Source: Neodothiora populina
Lineage: Eukaryota
Direction of reading: 5' to 3'
DNA: 64,000 nucleotides
NCBI RefSeq assembly: GCF_041146345.1
Contig: NW_027191408.1
Span: forward strand, 930,001 to 994,000
This document shows, piece after piece, positions 63,169-64,000 of the stretch (its first letter is position 1; every line of letters begins with the position of its first letter). Below the pieces are notes generated by a model, which worked only from the letters and a program-made list of their open reading frames with translations, had not been told where the DNA came from and searched no databases. Both the position numbers and the translations under genes were made by a program.

Positions 63169-64000
63169 TTAACACTCGTGCATGAATTTGTTCTTCGGCC
63201 ATGTGTAGCCTGGTATATCCGTCCAATGCTGTGACATGAGATATTAGCATGAATGTTCTCTAGCATTCCCAAGAAGACACTGTCGACTTACCGTGTAATT
63301 AGGATTATTGTATGCCTCCGGATGATTCTTGATATACTCCGTCGTTTCGTACCCAGGCGGATCACATGTCACCATCTCCTCGCCTTCCTTTTGGTACCAT
63401 CTCACATAGTCGATTCGCATCGTGGTTGGAAAGTGCAACGCGGGCCAGTCGATGTTGACCCAAGCTTCACTGATACCCAAATTCATCACCAAACTCATGG
63501 GCTCCTCGCTGATGATGCGTTGCCCAATATTACCATTAGGACCAATAGCTCGAGCATCGAATTGCATCGTCATCTGATCACCTACCCACCACGCGATACT
63601 TGAGTTTAGAGTCACACCAGGCGTGTACTCATAAGCGTACTTTTGGTACATCAGCCCATCATACCAAGAATTGTTCAGCATCGTTGTCGTGGAGACAGCC
63701 TGTTGGAATGGACCGCCAGTATACGTGTTGACGAACGAAGTAGCGTAGTCCGGCGTCTCCATGAAGTCGTAGTTGGGGTACCACCAAATATCGAAGGGTG
63801 CTACTTGATAAGATTGGGTGGCCACAGCAACGCCCATTCCCTAATGCTTCTGTCAGCTAAAAGTGAACGATCAGCACCTTTACGCAAGAACGCTTACACC
63901 CCAGTCGCCAGACACCTCAATAATATCAATCTCCGGCGCACCTCTTCCGACACCAGGAGTCGGATGGTCCGAGTTCGGACAACCACAGCTCGTCAATTTC
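63169..64000 (-). CDS. Beta-1,6-glucan synthesis-associated GH16 protein, KRE6/SKN1 family (3' part; continues beyond the window)
   Basis: [11 protein letters not shown] catalytic motif, [30 protein letters not shown] and TCDPPGY. Last exon [19 protein letters not shown]. Confidence 0.92.

Overview
Gene-dense, intron-containing DNA from a filamentous ascomycete (inferred Pezizomycotina; short GT-AG introns with CTRAC branch sites). It holds 20 protein-coding genes: VPS52, eIF5A, RRN7, ubiquitin-L40, a TOS4-like FHA protein, a LIM-RhoGAP, a TPP-dependent enzyme, a divergent OSCA/DUF221 channel, the TRP channel YVC1, an APC-family permease, TOK1, a GH47 mannosidase, a Ser/Thr-rich single-pass membrane protein, CDS1, Rad26/ATRIP, eIF2-alpha, GCP6, EF-2, phospholipase D and a partial KRE6/SKN1. 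No transposon, tRNA, rRNA or CRISPR array was recognised. The main non-coding signal is a complete TPP riboswitch aptamer (32052-32184, minus) inside the first coding-region intron of the permease. That intron has two alternative 5' splice sites, a premature stop between them and three anti-aptamer segments, which points to a riboswitch-controlled thiamine or precursor transporter. Other oddities are two start codons split by introns, a GC-AG intron, three unrelated cation-channel families within about 12 kb, and a recurrent intergenic TACAGTA motif. All gene models and family calls were made by eye, without database searches.
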